A DNA stretch of 64,000 nucleotides from the NCBI GenBank assembly GCA_964016885.1, contig OZ024751.1, positions 15,066,001 through 15,130,000 of the forward strand, read 5' to 3'. Source of the stretch: Eledone cirrhosa. Taxonomy: Eukaryota. Shown in pieces: positions 35,628-49,005 of the stretch (within the stretch, counting starts at the first letter, position 1; each line of letters starts with the position of its first letter). The notes beneath the pieces are model-generated. The model searched no databases. It saw nothing but the letters and a program-made list of their open reading frames with translations, and was not told where the DNA came from. A program made the translations under genes and the position numbers.

Positions 35628-36823
35628 TGTATATATATATCCAGGGAGTATAACGTGAAGTTTTTGTAGGTTCACCTAGGTGAGCACTCAATGTTTAGAT
35701 TCACGTCTGTAGAGAGGTTTAGAGCTAAGCAGAGTGTAAATATAATAATACAAGGATAATTTGTGATGTCTTCATTACGTTTATTAATTGGACCAATCAA
35801 TAAACGTAATGAAGACATTAACAAATCGTCCTTGTATTATTATTATTATTATTATATATATAAATATATATATATATATTTGTGAGTTTGCAAATACTTT
35901 TATTAATAAACAAATTTTGAATGCTAACTCAATAAGTTTTTATGCCAGAAACATTTGTAAATGAATAAACATTTTTTAATGAATGTTAATTGAATCTCCT
36001 CCAATTAATTTTGAATATATATATATAAATATTAATTTATAACTTTATAAAGTTAACTGTCTGTAATACGTAAACATCTCAATGAAAGGACAAGATAAAT
36101 TAATAAATTATGCACTCAGAGAAGTATTAAAATATATTATACTTAAGCCAAAATGGCTTTAAAAAATCAGCTTTAATATATATACAAAGAGAGAGAAAAT
36201 GCATGTTTAGAAAGCATCAAACGGAATTTGAAAATTGAATTAGATTTAACATTGACTGAAAAAATTAGCCTAATAATAATTGTTTCTACTTTTGGCACAA
36301 GGCCAGCAATTGACCAATACATTACTGGTACTTTATTTTATCGACCCCATAAGGATGAAAGGCAAAGTTAACTTTGACGGGATTTGAACTCAGACCGTAA
36401 AGGGACGTAACTATGCTAGAAAGCATGGCGTCCAACCCTCTACTGATACTGCCAATTCACCGCCCTTAGTCTAATAATAATGGGGCATATAAACCCACCA
36501 AATGGGGAAAATGGGCATCAGTATATATATATGTTAATATCCATCTTCTGTTCAGTGGGTTTATAGGCCCTGTTATTATTAAACTCATTTTTTTAGTGAA
36601 AGATACGGCAAAAACTTCCAATTCAATTTTCTTATCATCATCGTTTAATGTCTATCTTCCATGCTAGCATGGGTTCGATGGAAATTGTCCCATTTGAGGT
36701 AAGATTGGTTGGGTGACTATGTCTCGCTCGTATAGGACTATGTGGCCAGTTTTCTACAGTTGGATGTCCTTCCTAACACCAACCACATACAGTGTGGATA
36801 TGGATATATATATATATATATAG

Positions 36824-37075
36824 ATAAGGAAAAGAAATCGAAAATGCAACTGGAGTCTTTTTAAGAATATTTATTTATTTCCTTTACCAGTTTCACAGTT
36901 CTTATACTTTTCAAAAGTAGAATTGAGATGGAGGGTTTGAGGTTTGTCGAGACAAACCACAAACCCTCCATCTCAATTCTACTTTTGAAAAGTATAAGAA
37001 CTGTGAAACCGGTAAAGGAAATAAATAAATATTCTTAAAAAGACTCCAGTTGCATTTTCGATTTCTTTTCCTTAT
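36824..37075. repeat. Near-perfect 125-bp-arm inverted repeat (fold-back), probably a Penelope-like terminus
   Basis: 36824-36948 is the reverse complement of 36951-37075 with 2 mismatches and a 2-nt spacer; it abuts (TA)n. Confidence 0.93.
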
Positions 37076-37328
37076 ACTTTCACCCGTGTAGGACATCTTG
37101 TTTTATTAAAAGAAACCTCATTTTCTTATATGCGTGCATGTGTGTGTGTATCCCAATTTTTAGAATAGGTACACTGTGTCCCTATGTGTTGTAAGAGACA
37201 ACTAAAAGGGTTAGTATCAAAAAGAGCATCCAACTGTACCTCACAACCAAGCCAAGCATTTCATTCAACTTCAAAAGATTGTTTTAATATATACAAGCTG
37301 TAAAACAATGGAAAAGAAATAAATTTAC

Positions 37329-37412
37329 CTGAAGGAGAGCAAATGTAATCCCTGCAGAGGTTATGTAAGTCAAGTTGTCAAGAAATTTCATTTTCAAACG
37401 TTTATAACAGCC
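37329..37412 (-). CDS. TSPAN3: Tetraspanin exon (end of EC2 and TM4)
   Basis: GCYKRLKMKFLDNLTYITSAGITFALLQ; AG/GT boundaries, phase 0. Confidence 0.92.
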
Positions 37413-38507
37413 CTGCAATTAGAAAAAGGTAGTGAATATTTCGGCAATGTTGGAAAAGATTTATTATTCTAACAGGAAAGACAAAACTCACATCAATATC
37501 CATATCATATTATATAGACCTGTATGTGTACATGTGTTTGTAGTTAGGAAAGTTTTTTTTAACAGGAAAGACCTGTTATTCATATATGTACATACATACG
37601 AATGTATATGTGTGTGTTTGTGTGTAAATAGTGGTTTCAGGTTTTTTCCCCCTCAGTGTGACACCTTGTGTAACTGTCTCCTACTATAGCCTTGGAATGA
37701 CCAATGCCTTGTGTTTTACATGCTAGTATGCGTCGGACAAGTAATCATGGTCCGAGACAGATAGGTCAGTGAACCATGTCTTATTCAGACATTTCATTTG
37801 GCCTGATTTCTAACACCAACCACTTTATAGAATATAGCAGGAGCATTTTATTATAGCATCAGCAATAGAAAGGCTGTCACGTTCTCAGGAAGACTAAAGA
37901 AGACTACTCATAGTTGTCTCATTCGTTCAAGCAAACAACTGAGATGATGAATAGAAGATGTCGTCGTCGTCATCATCATCATCATCATCGTTGTTTAACA
38001 TCCATTTTTCCAAGCTAGCATGGGTTAGATGGGTTGTCTCGTTTGAGGCAAGTTGGGTCAGGTGACCATGACTTGCTCACACCGAGCTGTTTCTGGCTTG
38101 GTTTCTATGGCTGGATGCCCTTCCTAACGGCAACCACATACATTTACAGTGTGTGCTGGATGCTTTTTGTCATGACACCAACATGACTGACCACTTTACA
38201 GTGAGTCTGAGTGATTTTTGTCATGACTCCTACACAACCACTTTACAGCGTGGGCTGAGTCTTTTTTGACGTGAATCCTACACAACCACTTTATAGCATG
38301 GGCTGGGTATTTTTGTCGTGACTCCAAGGAGGACCACTTTATGGAGTGAGTTGGGAACTTGGGTGGGGTGTGGAAGAAGCTTGGGGAGATTAGGGGTGGG
38401 CAGATTACAGCAGAGGAGGTGTATGGGAAGGTGTTGCCCACTAGGTATAAGTATTAATATGAATATTAGGCATTGAAATATAAATAAATTTGAAAAAAAT
38501 TATTTAC

Positions 38508-38669
38508 CTGGTGATAAAGATCTGTAGAATAATGGTCGAGTTTTGTATCACAAGTAGTAGTATTACGCATGGATTGTGGTAAACAACAGCTTTCTGGCAC
38601 TGCCTTGTAAGTCTTGTACCATTTTGTGTTACGCCAATCTGTGGCATTCGTTACACCACAGCATTTCAA
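38508..38669 (-). CDS. TSPAN3: Tetraspanin exon (EC2 with CCG and PxSCC)
   Basis: LKCCGVTNATDWRNTKWYKTYKAVPESCCLPQSMRNTTTCDTKLDHYSTDLYHQ. Confidence 0.96.
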
Positions 38670-39554
38670 CTGAAATATCACAAGTAGACAAATGTAGATG
38701 AACACACAACAACAGGCATTTTTTTTTTTTTATTGTAAATGCAACTTATGGAAGAATATTATTCAATGTTGAGAAAGTTCTTTTTAAGACACATCTGCGA
38801 AAGAGATTTCTTCCAGACATATAGGCAGTTACCTTATCTAAACAATTGGACAATATAACTGAAGTCACAAAAATAAAACTTAAATCGGATATACACTCAC
38901 CCACGACATGAACTGTGTTGCTCTGTGTTTGCTGTTAATCATCCCCCCCCCCCACCCCATAAAACAGGGGTTAGATTTGTGAACCTTGTTACAAGCTTCT
39001 CAATTTTGCCCTATTGGCTGCATCCCTTCTCACCAACCCTCCAGCTTTCATTCCCTCCTCACCAACCCTCTACCTTTCATTCCCTTCTCACTAACTCCCT
39101 ACCTCTTGTTCCCTTCTCAATCACTTTTAGCCATGTCTTTCTTGGTCTTCTGTTTCCTAAGCTCCCTTACATGTTTATTTCCATCCCTCCTCTCACCCTG
39201 TCACTTTTGTCCTCCCACAACACATTACCCAGATTAACAGACACATTGATATGTTATGTCAGATGGTAAATAATATCACTTATATCACCATCGAAACCTT
39301 ATATCTAGAGAAGAAATAATTGTTTCTACTTTTGGCACAAGGCCACCAATTACTCCAGTGCATTGCTGGTACTTTATTTTATCAACCATGTAAGGATAAA
39401 AGGCAAAGCTAACCTTGGCGAGATTTGAACTCAGAACGTAAAGAGCCATAACTCTATGCTGCAAAGCATAGTGTCTAACGCTCCACCGATACTACCAAAC
39501 CACCGCCCTTCGAGAAGAAATAATAATGATTTTTGTGTATAATTAATAATTGCT

Positions 39555-39897
39555 AGGATAAAGAACCCCTTTGGCCATGAATGGCCATGATATTTGCACC
39601 TAGAAAATTCCCCTTCAAGGTACAAGTCCGGGCAAGGTTGTTTGTAGAAGACCACCAGTCACCCATGCATACCAGTCTCCCATCTCCAGGCCACAGATGT
39701 TGTCCAAGGGAAAGGCAATGGCCAATACAGCTGGGTGCTAGCGACATCGCAACTCATTTTTACAGCTGAATGAACTGGAGCAACATGAAATAAAGTGTCT
39801 TGCTCAAGAACATAATGCAAAGCCCGGTCTGAGAATCAAACTCACAACCTCACAATTGTAAACCCGAGACTCTATCCACTAAGCCATGTACCTTCAA
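39555..39897 (-). mobile_element. tRNA-derived SINE, tail type C
   Basis: tRNA head and CTTGAGCAAGACACTTTATTTCA core with a distinct long tail; tail pieces also at ~22040-22130 and ~43980-44170. Confidence 0.7.
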
Positions 39898-41406
39898 ATA
39901 AATGTTATGTGAATTATTTGTAAACTAGCAGGACACATGCAAGCTTTATGTTTAATAAATGTTCTTATTTCTATTTTGGTTCCTGTTTACAAGTAAGCAG
40001 ACTGGATATATCTGTTTACTATATATATATATATATCATCATCATCATCATTTAACATCCATCTTCCACTCTAGCATGGGTTGGACGGTTTTGTCCCACT
40101 TGAGGCGAGACTGGTCAGGAGACCAAGTCTCGCTCGTACAGAACTGTCTCTGACAGGTTTTCAACGGCTAGATGCCCTTCCTAACACCAACCACCTTTAC
40201 AGTGTGGACTGGGAGCCTTTTAACCGTGTATCCTACATGACCACTTTACAGTGTGGACTGGATGCTTTTTATCATGTCATCTACACGACCACTTTACAGC
40301 GGACGGAAATGGGAGGATGGAGTAGAGTAGAGTCAATAGAACTTTGGATAGAATGTTTTGCAGTATTTGTTCTGATTCTCTTTGCTATTTGAGTTCAAAT
40401 TATGCTGAGGTCAAATTTGTGTTTCGTCTTTTCAAGGTTGATAAAAAAAAAAGAAACAGTTCAGTACCAGGGTTGCTTCTTCTATATCTCTTTCTTACTT
40501 CCTCTATCACTTACTCTCTCACCTTCTCTAGAAGAAATTGGCTGTGTTCAGACATGGAGAAGGGATGAGCTCTACCAAATTTTAAATGTCACTATGGCAC
40601 TCCTATGACTTCATCAGGAGTTGCCGGGTCCATACATACAAAGTATATCTGTAACTAAGTGTGAGAACAATAGTGTGAGCATGAAGCCTTTCCCTGATTA
40701 TAAAATACTATATCTCAGATACTATTTGAGATTTTACTTTTTCATTGTTTTAATTTATAAATTTAAAGTTTTTCTGAACAAGTTTTACATTTTCTCTTCT
40801 ACAGGAAGTAGTTGTAATTTCCAGTAACAAAATGGCATCTATGAAACAAAAGGCTCAGTGTTTTTTGTGGTTTCAAAGACTTTATGCGCACCCTGTATAA
40901 ACAAATGTTTAAGTTTGCTTCACTATCATAACATTCCAAGTTTGCTCCCACTGTATGGTATCTTCCACCATAGCTTAGGGTCAACTTAAGTTTTCTGAGT
41001 GAAACTGTTTGAAAACCTGTTGAATCGACTGTACCTGTAATTTAAAGGGCCAACTTTGTCAGACATTGAATCTCCCTGAGGGTAGACATCTGTAGAATAT
41101 TCAGCCCCTTACACATTAATTTAATGAGAAGGCAGTTCCATTAACCAAACATCACTTAATGAAACAGATGGAGAAACAGTCAAGGGATGAGATATGTGCC
41201 CTTAAAACAAAGACAAGATCCAAATGCTTGCAATAGAGTGAACTTCGCTAAAAACACCCCAAAGACCAGGAGATGGTGTCAACCCTTTTGTTACCAATCC
41301 AGCCAAAACCAGCTCTGATTCTATGAAATTAAACCCATCTTAAAGGTTTCCAATTTAAATTAAAATCTTCCAACATAATTTTATATAAAAACCTTATATT
41401 AAGTTA

Positions 41407-41749
41407 TCATCATCATCATCATCATTTTACATCCGCTTTTTCCCTGCTTGCAAGGGTGAGACGGGAACTGATTCTGGCTTGATTTCTACAGCTGGATGCC
41501 CTTCCTAACACCAACCTCATTTACAGTGAGTGCTGGGTGCTTTTTTGCCGTGGCACCTCCACGACCACTTTGCAGTGGAATGATATGGACCCCAGTCCCC
41601 ATCATCTCATTTCTACAGCTGAGTAAACTGGAGCAATGTGAAATAAAGTGTCTTGCTCAAGGAAACGACACATCACCCGGTCTGAGAATTGAACTCACAA
41701 CCTTTCGATTGCAAGGCCAATGCTCTAACCACTAAGCCATGTGCCTCCA
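41407..41749 (-). mobile_element. Young tRNA-derived SINE with an RTE 3' tail; near-identical copies at 58731-59115 and 61749-62085
   Basis: Head GGAGGCACATGGCTTAGTGGTTAGAGC...GAGTTCAATTCTC, central core, and a tail shared with the RTE at 62570-64000 ending in (GAT)n. Confidence 0.9.
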
Positions 41750-42088
41750 TTAGTTACTATTTTAGTAAAGAAAAATTTTAGTAAATCCCTCAAAATACTT
41801 TATTCATTAATTGAAATAGAGTGTATTTCAATTAATCAATGAAGAATTATAGGGTTAAACTAGATACCTGATTAAATCCCAAGAAGACCACAGCAAGGTT
41901 TCAACCATAAGGCATCTTATCAAATGCTCTAACAATTCTGCCAAAAACACTACCCTGGATTGGTTCTTCATTTTATCAACCCCCAAAAGGATGAAAATCC
42001 TCAAAGTTAACCTTGGTATGATTTGAACTCGAAGTGCAAGGAACCAGAACTAATAGCAGAAGGTATAAACTTGTTGACCTTTACTTAC

Positions 42089-42187
42089 CTCTATCTGTAC
42101 GTAATCAATCTGATCATGATCAATACTGCTGACATTGTCGTATTTGTTGATAGCATGCTGTAATCCATCTGATACAGCAGATGTCAC
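42089..42187 (-). CDS. TSPAN3: Tetraspanin exon (EC2 helices)
   Basis: VTSAVSDGLQHAINKYDNVSSIDHDQIDYVQIE; CAG/GTAAGT boundaries. Confidence 0.92.
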
Positions 42188-42238
42188 CTGTGAAGAACAG
42201 ACATACATACAATATATTTGTTTATCACACAAAAGTTC

Positions 42239-42980
42239 CCATATATACTCGAGTAATAGTCAATCTCATATAAAAGTAGACCCCTTATTTTGGGCCAAAA
42301 AATTTGGAATTTTCCAAGGTTAAGGTATTGTCCTGTACATAGAAATAACACTTACAAAATCATGAGTTTAACCCTTTAGCATTTAAACTGGTCATATCCA
42401 GCCAGAATTCTCTCACCTCTTTCTGTTCAAACCTACTGAAACTGGCCACTCATAATGATGTATTATCCTCAAAATAAATATCAAAATCTTGTAGATTCAA
42501 TATTATGTGAGATAATTATGTAAGATAAAGCATTTATCACAAAAATACAATAGTAAATATAGACTAATGTAAATGCTAAAGGGTTAAACAAGAGACCGTA
42601 GTCCATGGGCGATATTGAAGGCAAATTTACATTTACACTATTGCAGATACTAGTGTGAAATTGAAGATTTATCTAAATGTGTGCTAATGAGTAAAAGAGC
42701 AAATGTAATTATTTATGAGCTACGCGGCCTTGTTTATGTATTTTGTTATCTACTAGGACGTGTGTTTTGATACATAGTATCGATAATATTACTATAATTC
42801 ATTAGGTTATTGCCTTTATTCATTTATAGATCAGTTAGGCTACTGCTACTAATACAGTACTTTGGATTCAAGCTTGAATTTCAAGCCCCTCAAAAGTAGT
42901 ATTCATGTAATAGTTGACCACATAAATTTAAACTTTAAAAAATGGTCTAAAATATTTGACTTTTACCAGAGTATATATGG
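42239..42980. mobile_element. Tc2/pogo-type non-autonomous element containing a nested piggyBac MITE
   Basis: TIR CCATATATACTCGAGTAATAGTCAA / TTGACTTTTACCAGAGTATATATGG followed by TA. Confidence 0.7.
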
Positions 42981-43318
42981 TAGATTAAATGAATTTATAA
43001 AAAAAAAAGACAAAAATGAAATTTACAGCTGACACCTAATGCTGGTTTAGCTAGTGAGTTACAAAGTTGTATCTGATAAGAGGTTTCTCAAGTGTTTTGA
43101 GGCACTACTCATATCATCAAAAGCAATGTGAAATGAAATATCCTACTCAAAAATGTGCTACTCAATACAGGAATCAAACCCACAACCTTATGATCATGAG
43201 CCCAGCCTCCTCACCACTAAGACATGTGCCTTCACACTTGAGTAGAATGTTTGTAGAAATGTGACCAAACTGTGATGTAGACACAATGGAAAGCGAGAAG
43301 AAATGATTTGTTACTTAC

Positions 43319-43393
43319 ATGTGATCTGTAGAGGTAAGCTAACAGACCAGCTGTGACTTCAGCGGTGAGGACCACAAGCAAGGCAATGAAGTA
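43319..43393 (-). CDS. TSPAN3: Tetraspanin exon (TM3)
   Basis: YFIALLVVLTAEVTAGLLAYLYRSH with the conserved TM3 Glu; CAG/GTAAGT boundaries. Confidence 0.92.
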
Positions 43394-44939
43394 CTGAAAT
43401 AACAAGAGAAATGGTTAGAATGTAAACAATACAAGATTCTTCAGTTATGTATAAGACATGACAACCTCCATAGTGTTGGCGATCTACATGATAAATGCAC
43501 CCAGTACAAGCTGTAAAGTGGTTGGAGATAGGAAGGGAATGCAGTCGTAGATGGGTTGTCAAACAAAAGGTTGGGAGGACCTTTCAGTTTTGTCAAGGAT
43601 TTACATGATAAATGCACCCAGTACACACTATAATGTGGTTAGTGATGATGGAAGGGCATAAGTGATGATGGAAGGGCATACAAACAGAGAAAACCTGCCA
43701 AAGTCATTGCAAAGACTCTTCAGCTGCGACAAAGATATGACAATTTCCCTAATACTAGCATCATGGTAAAATGTACTTACTGGGTGAGATCATATGAGTT
43801 GCAGACCACCTGCTCCTCTAAGCATTCAATAGGAGGGTGCAGGACTGTATGTAAGCAAGATGCAAGGTCCTGGCCCATCTGAGAGGTCAGTAGCTCCGCT
43901 TGAGCGCTCACCTGATCTGCTGAAGACATTTCAAATCCTTACTACCAGAGAAAGTGTATGTGAAACAATGATGATAATTGCATGATCACAGGTTAAACCT
44001 CTGTATCAGAGGCCTCTATATGTCACAGAAGATCAGGGATCTACACTGGAAAAGTTCCTCTCCAAGGCAAAACACTAAGGTTTTGTTATTTTGTGGAAAA
44101 CCAGCATACAAGTCTCCCCTCTCCACACCAATAATGTTGACCAAGGGAAAAGCAAGGGACAACACAATTTAGTACCAATAATATAATAGGAAAATTCAGA
44201 ACACTAAGAAAACCTGAAAGAGACACCAAAAGGTATTATGTCTGACACTAACACTTCCACTAAACCATCCTGTTCTGGTACTTTATTGACCTCCAAAAAG
44301 TATGAAGAGTAAAGATCACATCAGTGTTAAATCATCAGATAAAATGTCTTGTGGCATTTGTTCTGGCCCTTTGTGGTTTGAGAAAAACCCTTTAGCATTT
44401 AAACCGGTCATAATTCTCTCACCTCTTTGTGTTCAAATTGGCTGTAACTGGCCACTCATACTTATGTTAAGGTATTGTTCTCAAAATAAATAACATGTAA
44501 ATCTCATAGATTCAATATTATATGAGATAATTATGTAACAAAGACTTAACCATAAAAATACAATAGTATATATAGAATAATGTAAATGCTAAAGAGTTAA
44601 ATCTCGCAATGGCCTACTTAGCTGGTTGACATAATTGGTTGTCTGGTTAACCACCTACTGACCCTTAGCTGCTTTTAGCAGAGTCTATTCTGTTGCAATT
44701 TTTAGGTCAAGTTTCCAAGATAAAGGATACCTTCCTCCCTCCCACCCATCTAGGATGTCCATAAAATGGTCATGGGCACAACCTTTCCTTCCTTGACTAA
44801 ATAGTAAAAAAGAAATTGAAAACAATGCTAAACAAGTGAACACAAAAGTCATCACCAAGCAGTTTATAAATACATTTCAACAGTTAACATAATATTTTTT
44901 AATAAACAGTGAAATAGTATGCATATCAGAGAGTCACTC

Positions 44940-45185
44940 CAGGTAAAGCAGCTACTTTTCCGAATTGAGAGATCACATCTCCAATACTATGGACACGTGG
45001 TTAGAATGTCTCAGGAAAAAATTATTGGACAGATTTTACAGACAGAACGAACCAACAAGAGACCCAGGGGTAGATCATGAGCAAGATGGTTGGATAACAT
45101 CTATGAGCTTGGCTGGTCATGCCTGGGGATCCAGCCGGCTCAGTTGGAGACAAGTGGCTGAAGAAGTGAAATAGTAGATAGACCA
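44940..45185 (+). mobile_element. Decayed RTE 3' ORF fragment
   Basis: IERSHLQYYGHVVRM...KRPRGRS*ARWLDNI. Confidence 0.65.
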
Positions 45186-45240
45186 AGTAAAATAAAAGAC
45201 AAGGCTAACCAGAACTTTACTTATTTTGGGTGATATTTTT

Positions 45241-45747
45241 CAGGGTGAGTGAAAAGAAACTCCCTATTTGAAATTAACTTTATTAATTACGTTTTATTTT
45301 GAACAGTATAATGGTAGAAGTAAAGTGTTTAAATTCTACATAGGCGCCAGCATTGTCCATCAGTGTTTGTAATCATTTGGGTATATCCTCGACTGACTTC
45401 ACCAGGAACTCGGGTGGTGTGTTGGTCAGTACATGATGAATGTGTTCCTCCAACTGAGTCAGAGTTTTTGTTTTGAGCTATTAACTTCTTCATTCACCCA
45501 CCCCCACAGGAAAAATAATGCATGGCGTTAAGTCAGGGCTTCTTGCTGACCATTCATGTGGAACTCAACGACCCAACCAATGTCCTGGAAATTGGACATC
45601 AAGCCTCTCACAGACAGTGCGTGCAAAATGAAGTGGGGCCCCCCATCTTGCATGAATATAAGGTCATTGATGTTGTCCTAAGTGGTCACAGTATGCCAAA
45701 AGTTATAAGTAATCTTCAATAGGGAGTTTCTTTCTACCCATCAGGCA
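45241..45747 (-). mobile_element. Internally deleted Tc1/mariner, DD41D (rosa-like), retaining the catalytic C-terminus
   Basis: TIR CAGGGTGAGTGAAAAGAAACTCCCTATT / AATAGGGAGTTTCTTTCTACCCATC; minus strand FMQDG..HFARTV...FPGHWLGR*..HEWSARSPDLTPC, spacing ~41. Confidence 0.8.
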
Positions 45748-47452
45748 TACATGTCTATAAGTCTAACAGTATTGGATACCAAAATGGTTAGAAATACATA
45801 TGAGTACAAGATTTAACCAAGGCTGTGTAAATGTATAAATATATATATTTGATATATGTAAACATGTTTCTTTTTTACATATTTCTCCACAGACTGAAAA
45901 AGATTGAACAATAATGATTTGAGTTTCAACTCTATTAGGGACCACCATCAGAGACCATATACAACTCTATCAATTCACAGAGAAATACACAACTAATAAC
46001 TTTAACCCATTAGCATTTAAACCGGCCGTATCCAGCCAGAATTCTCTCACCTCTTTCCGTTCAAATCAGCCATAACTGGCCACTCATACTGATGTTAAGG
46101 TATTGTTCTCAAAATAAATAATATCAAAAATATGATAGATTCGACATTATGTGAGGTAAAGCATTTATTGCGAAAATACAATAGTATATAGAGAGTAATA
46201 TAAATGCTAAAGAGTTAAGCTCACTAAAAAATGGTAGTATAATCCAACTGGAAGTACCAATTTTTACATAGCTTCAGTTAAATCTTGTACATTTTTGTAC
46301 AGATATGTATTTATTGTTTATCTCAGCTGCTTAGCTCACAATTTAAAATCTAAAATAAATATTTTAGTGCCAGTTTATATGTTATCAGAAATGTTTAGCC
46401 ACAGCCATTAAGAGGTTGAGGAAACAGGATAAAAGTAATTAGAGTAACAGATATATCTACTAATTCTTAACAATAGAAGGCTGAAAAAAGTGTGATTCAT
46501 CATTGATACCAGTAGGAAACATTGCCAGAATGAAATACATGAATAAAACATTTTAATTGACATTATGCTGTGTCTATTTAATTATTTTAATAACAAACCA
46601 CCTGAAACCACCCATGGTTCTATGATACAAAACTTTATTGTAAAAAGTGTGCACATTTATCTAAAAACCTTCCATCATAATTTTGTGCAAGGGCTTTTGT
46701 TAAGTTAGGCTTCACACACCAGGTTAATAGTTTCTTCTTTAGGCACAAGGCCAACAATTCAGCGGGATTTGAATACAGAATGTAAAGAGACGTAACTATG
46801 TCACGAAGCATGTTGTCCAACACCCTACAGCTTGAAAAAAAAACATAGCTACAGGAGGTGGGGGATATAATTGGCAAAGAACTATCAATCAAGGTATTGG
46901 TCCAGCATGGCCGCAGCCAAATGACTGAAACCATTAACTCTTAACAGCCTGTACTATATAAAACCACATAAGCAAGACATTCTTAAAAATTACAAAATAG
47001 CACTATCATTGCATCGGATTAAATATTAAAGACTTTATGCTAATGTTGTAAACATATTTTCACAACAATCTGTCTGCCAATGAAGATATGATAAACATCT
47101 CAATTAACAAACACATTTTTAGATATTTTCAGCTAAATCATTACAGGATGTTACGAGTTAAAAGAATACAGAACATTTTATGCTCGGAGTTGCTGAAGCA
47201 TGGAACAAACTACCTGCATCAGTTGTTAGTTGATGGGACACTGAATCCTTCAAAACTTCCATGCTTCCCAAAATTTCCCAACACTACACCTGATATTCCC
47301 TTTTCATATACACACACATGCATGTGTTTGTGACTCATACACTGTTCACTTTCCTGACATTTGTACATTATTATATGTACTAAACATGCACCTTTGATCT
47401 TTTATCTATCACAACAACAACAACAACTAGAAGATAACAAAAAGAAACTTAC

Positions 47453-47644
47453 CGCTGCTAGTAGCCATCGGTTTTCTTTGCCGGCAGCAACAATCCCCAG
47501 AAGTCCAATAATAAACAATATGATGCCGACACCAATAATGATGCTGGCTGGAATGAGGGTAATATTGGCTGTAGTCAGTTGGTCAAAATGATGGTAAGTC
47601 TTGAAAATCCAGGCGCCACCATAGAACAGAATTGCTGCTGCAGT
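47453..47644 (-). CDS. TSPAN3: Tetraspanin exon (end of TM1, EC1, TM2); the first coding exon was not found in the window
   Basis: TAAAILFYGGAWIFKTYHHFDQLTTANITLIPASIIIGVGIILFIIGLLGIVAAGKENRWLLAA versus human TSPAN3 AAGILCYVGAYVFITY...[22 protein letters not shown]. Orthology to TSPAN3 is a best guess. Confidence 0.92.
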
Positions 47645-47780
47645 CTAGGAAAGAGAAGGAAAGAGAATAAAATTGTTGTCCCAGCATGGCCACAACACAC
47701 AGGTTAGAAGAGGTAAAAGAGTATAACTACATACACTCTCATATGCAAACACACAAACATATAGCCATGCACACAGACAT

Positions 47781-47845
<65 letters not shown>

Positions 47846-48046
47846 AACAGAAACACATACATGTGAAAGATGAATAAACACAAAAATTAATTACAGATAA
47901 AACCACACACACATAATACAAAAACTGACACACACACAAACATACCCAGGCATATATACATACACACAGTGCTAGACTTACCTATAAGCTAAATAGCTAC
48001 GGTCCACACCCTCGGTGACCACATTTAATTCTTTAACACTATATAA

Positions 48047-48085
<39 letters not shown>

Positions 48086-48371
48086 AGGAACGATTGACTT
48101 TCGTCAAATCGGACCAAGGAAAATGTTTCCATTGGTCTTTCCAATTGCTAATACTATCTATCAGTCGCAACTCCAGGTAGAAGGAACAATGTGAAATAAA
48201 GTGTCTTGCTCAAGGACATAATGCATTGCCTGGTCTGGGAATCGAACTCACAACCTCACGATTGCAAATCCAATTCTCTAACCACTCAGCCACACGCCTT
48301 CAATATATATATATATATAATATATATATAATATATATATAATATATATATATATTATATATATATATATT

Positions 48372-48402
<31 letters not shown>

Positions 48403-49005
48403 TATGGTCGTGGAGGTGCCATGGCAAAAAAGCACCCAGCACTCACTGTAAATGAGGTTGGTGTTAGGAAGGGCATCCAGCTGTAGAAATCAAGCCAGAA
48501 TCAGTTCCCGTCCTACCCTTGCAAGCAGGGAAAAAAGCGGACGTAAAATGAAATGATGATGATGATGATGATTATATATATATAATAAATATATATATAT
48601 ATTATATATAATATATATATAATATATAAATAATTGTTTCTACGTTAGGCACAAGGCCAGCAATTACCCAGTGTATTACTGGTACTTTATTTTATCGACC
48701 CCGTAAGGATGAAAGGCAAAGTTAACCTAAGCGGTATTTGAACTCAGAATGGCAAGGGCCGTAACTCTATACGTCAAAGCATGGCGTCCGACCCTCTCCC
48801 AATACTGCCAATCCACCGCCCTAATATATATATAAATAATATATATATATAATATATATATATATATATAATATATAATATATAATATATTATATATATA
48901 TATATATATAAATAGATAAGTGTGGTAAGGAACCAGGTGCACCATAACGATACTTAGGGTAGTAGAGTGGTAATAGGAAAAGAGTCAGGTCTCCGACAGC
49001 TGAGC

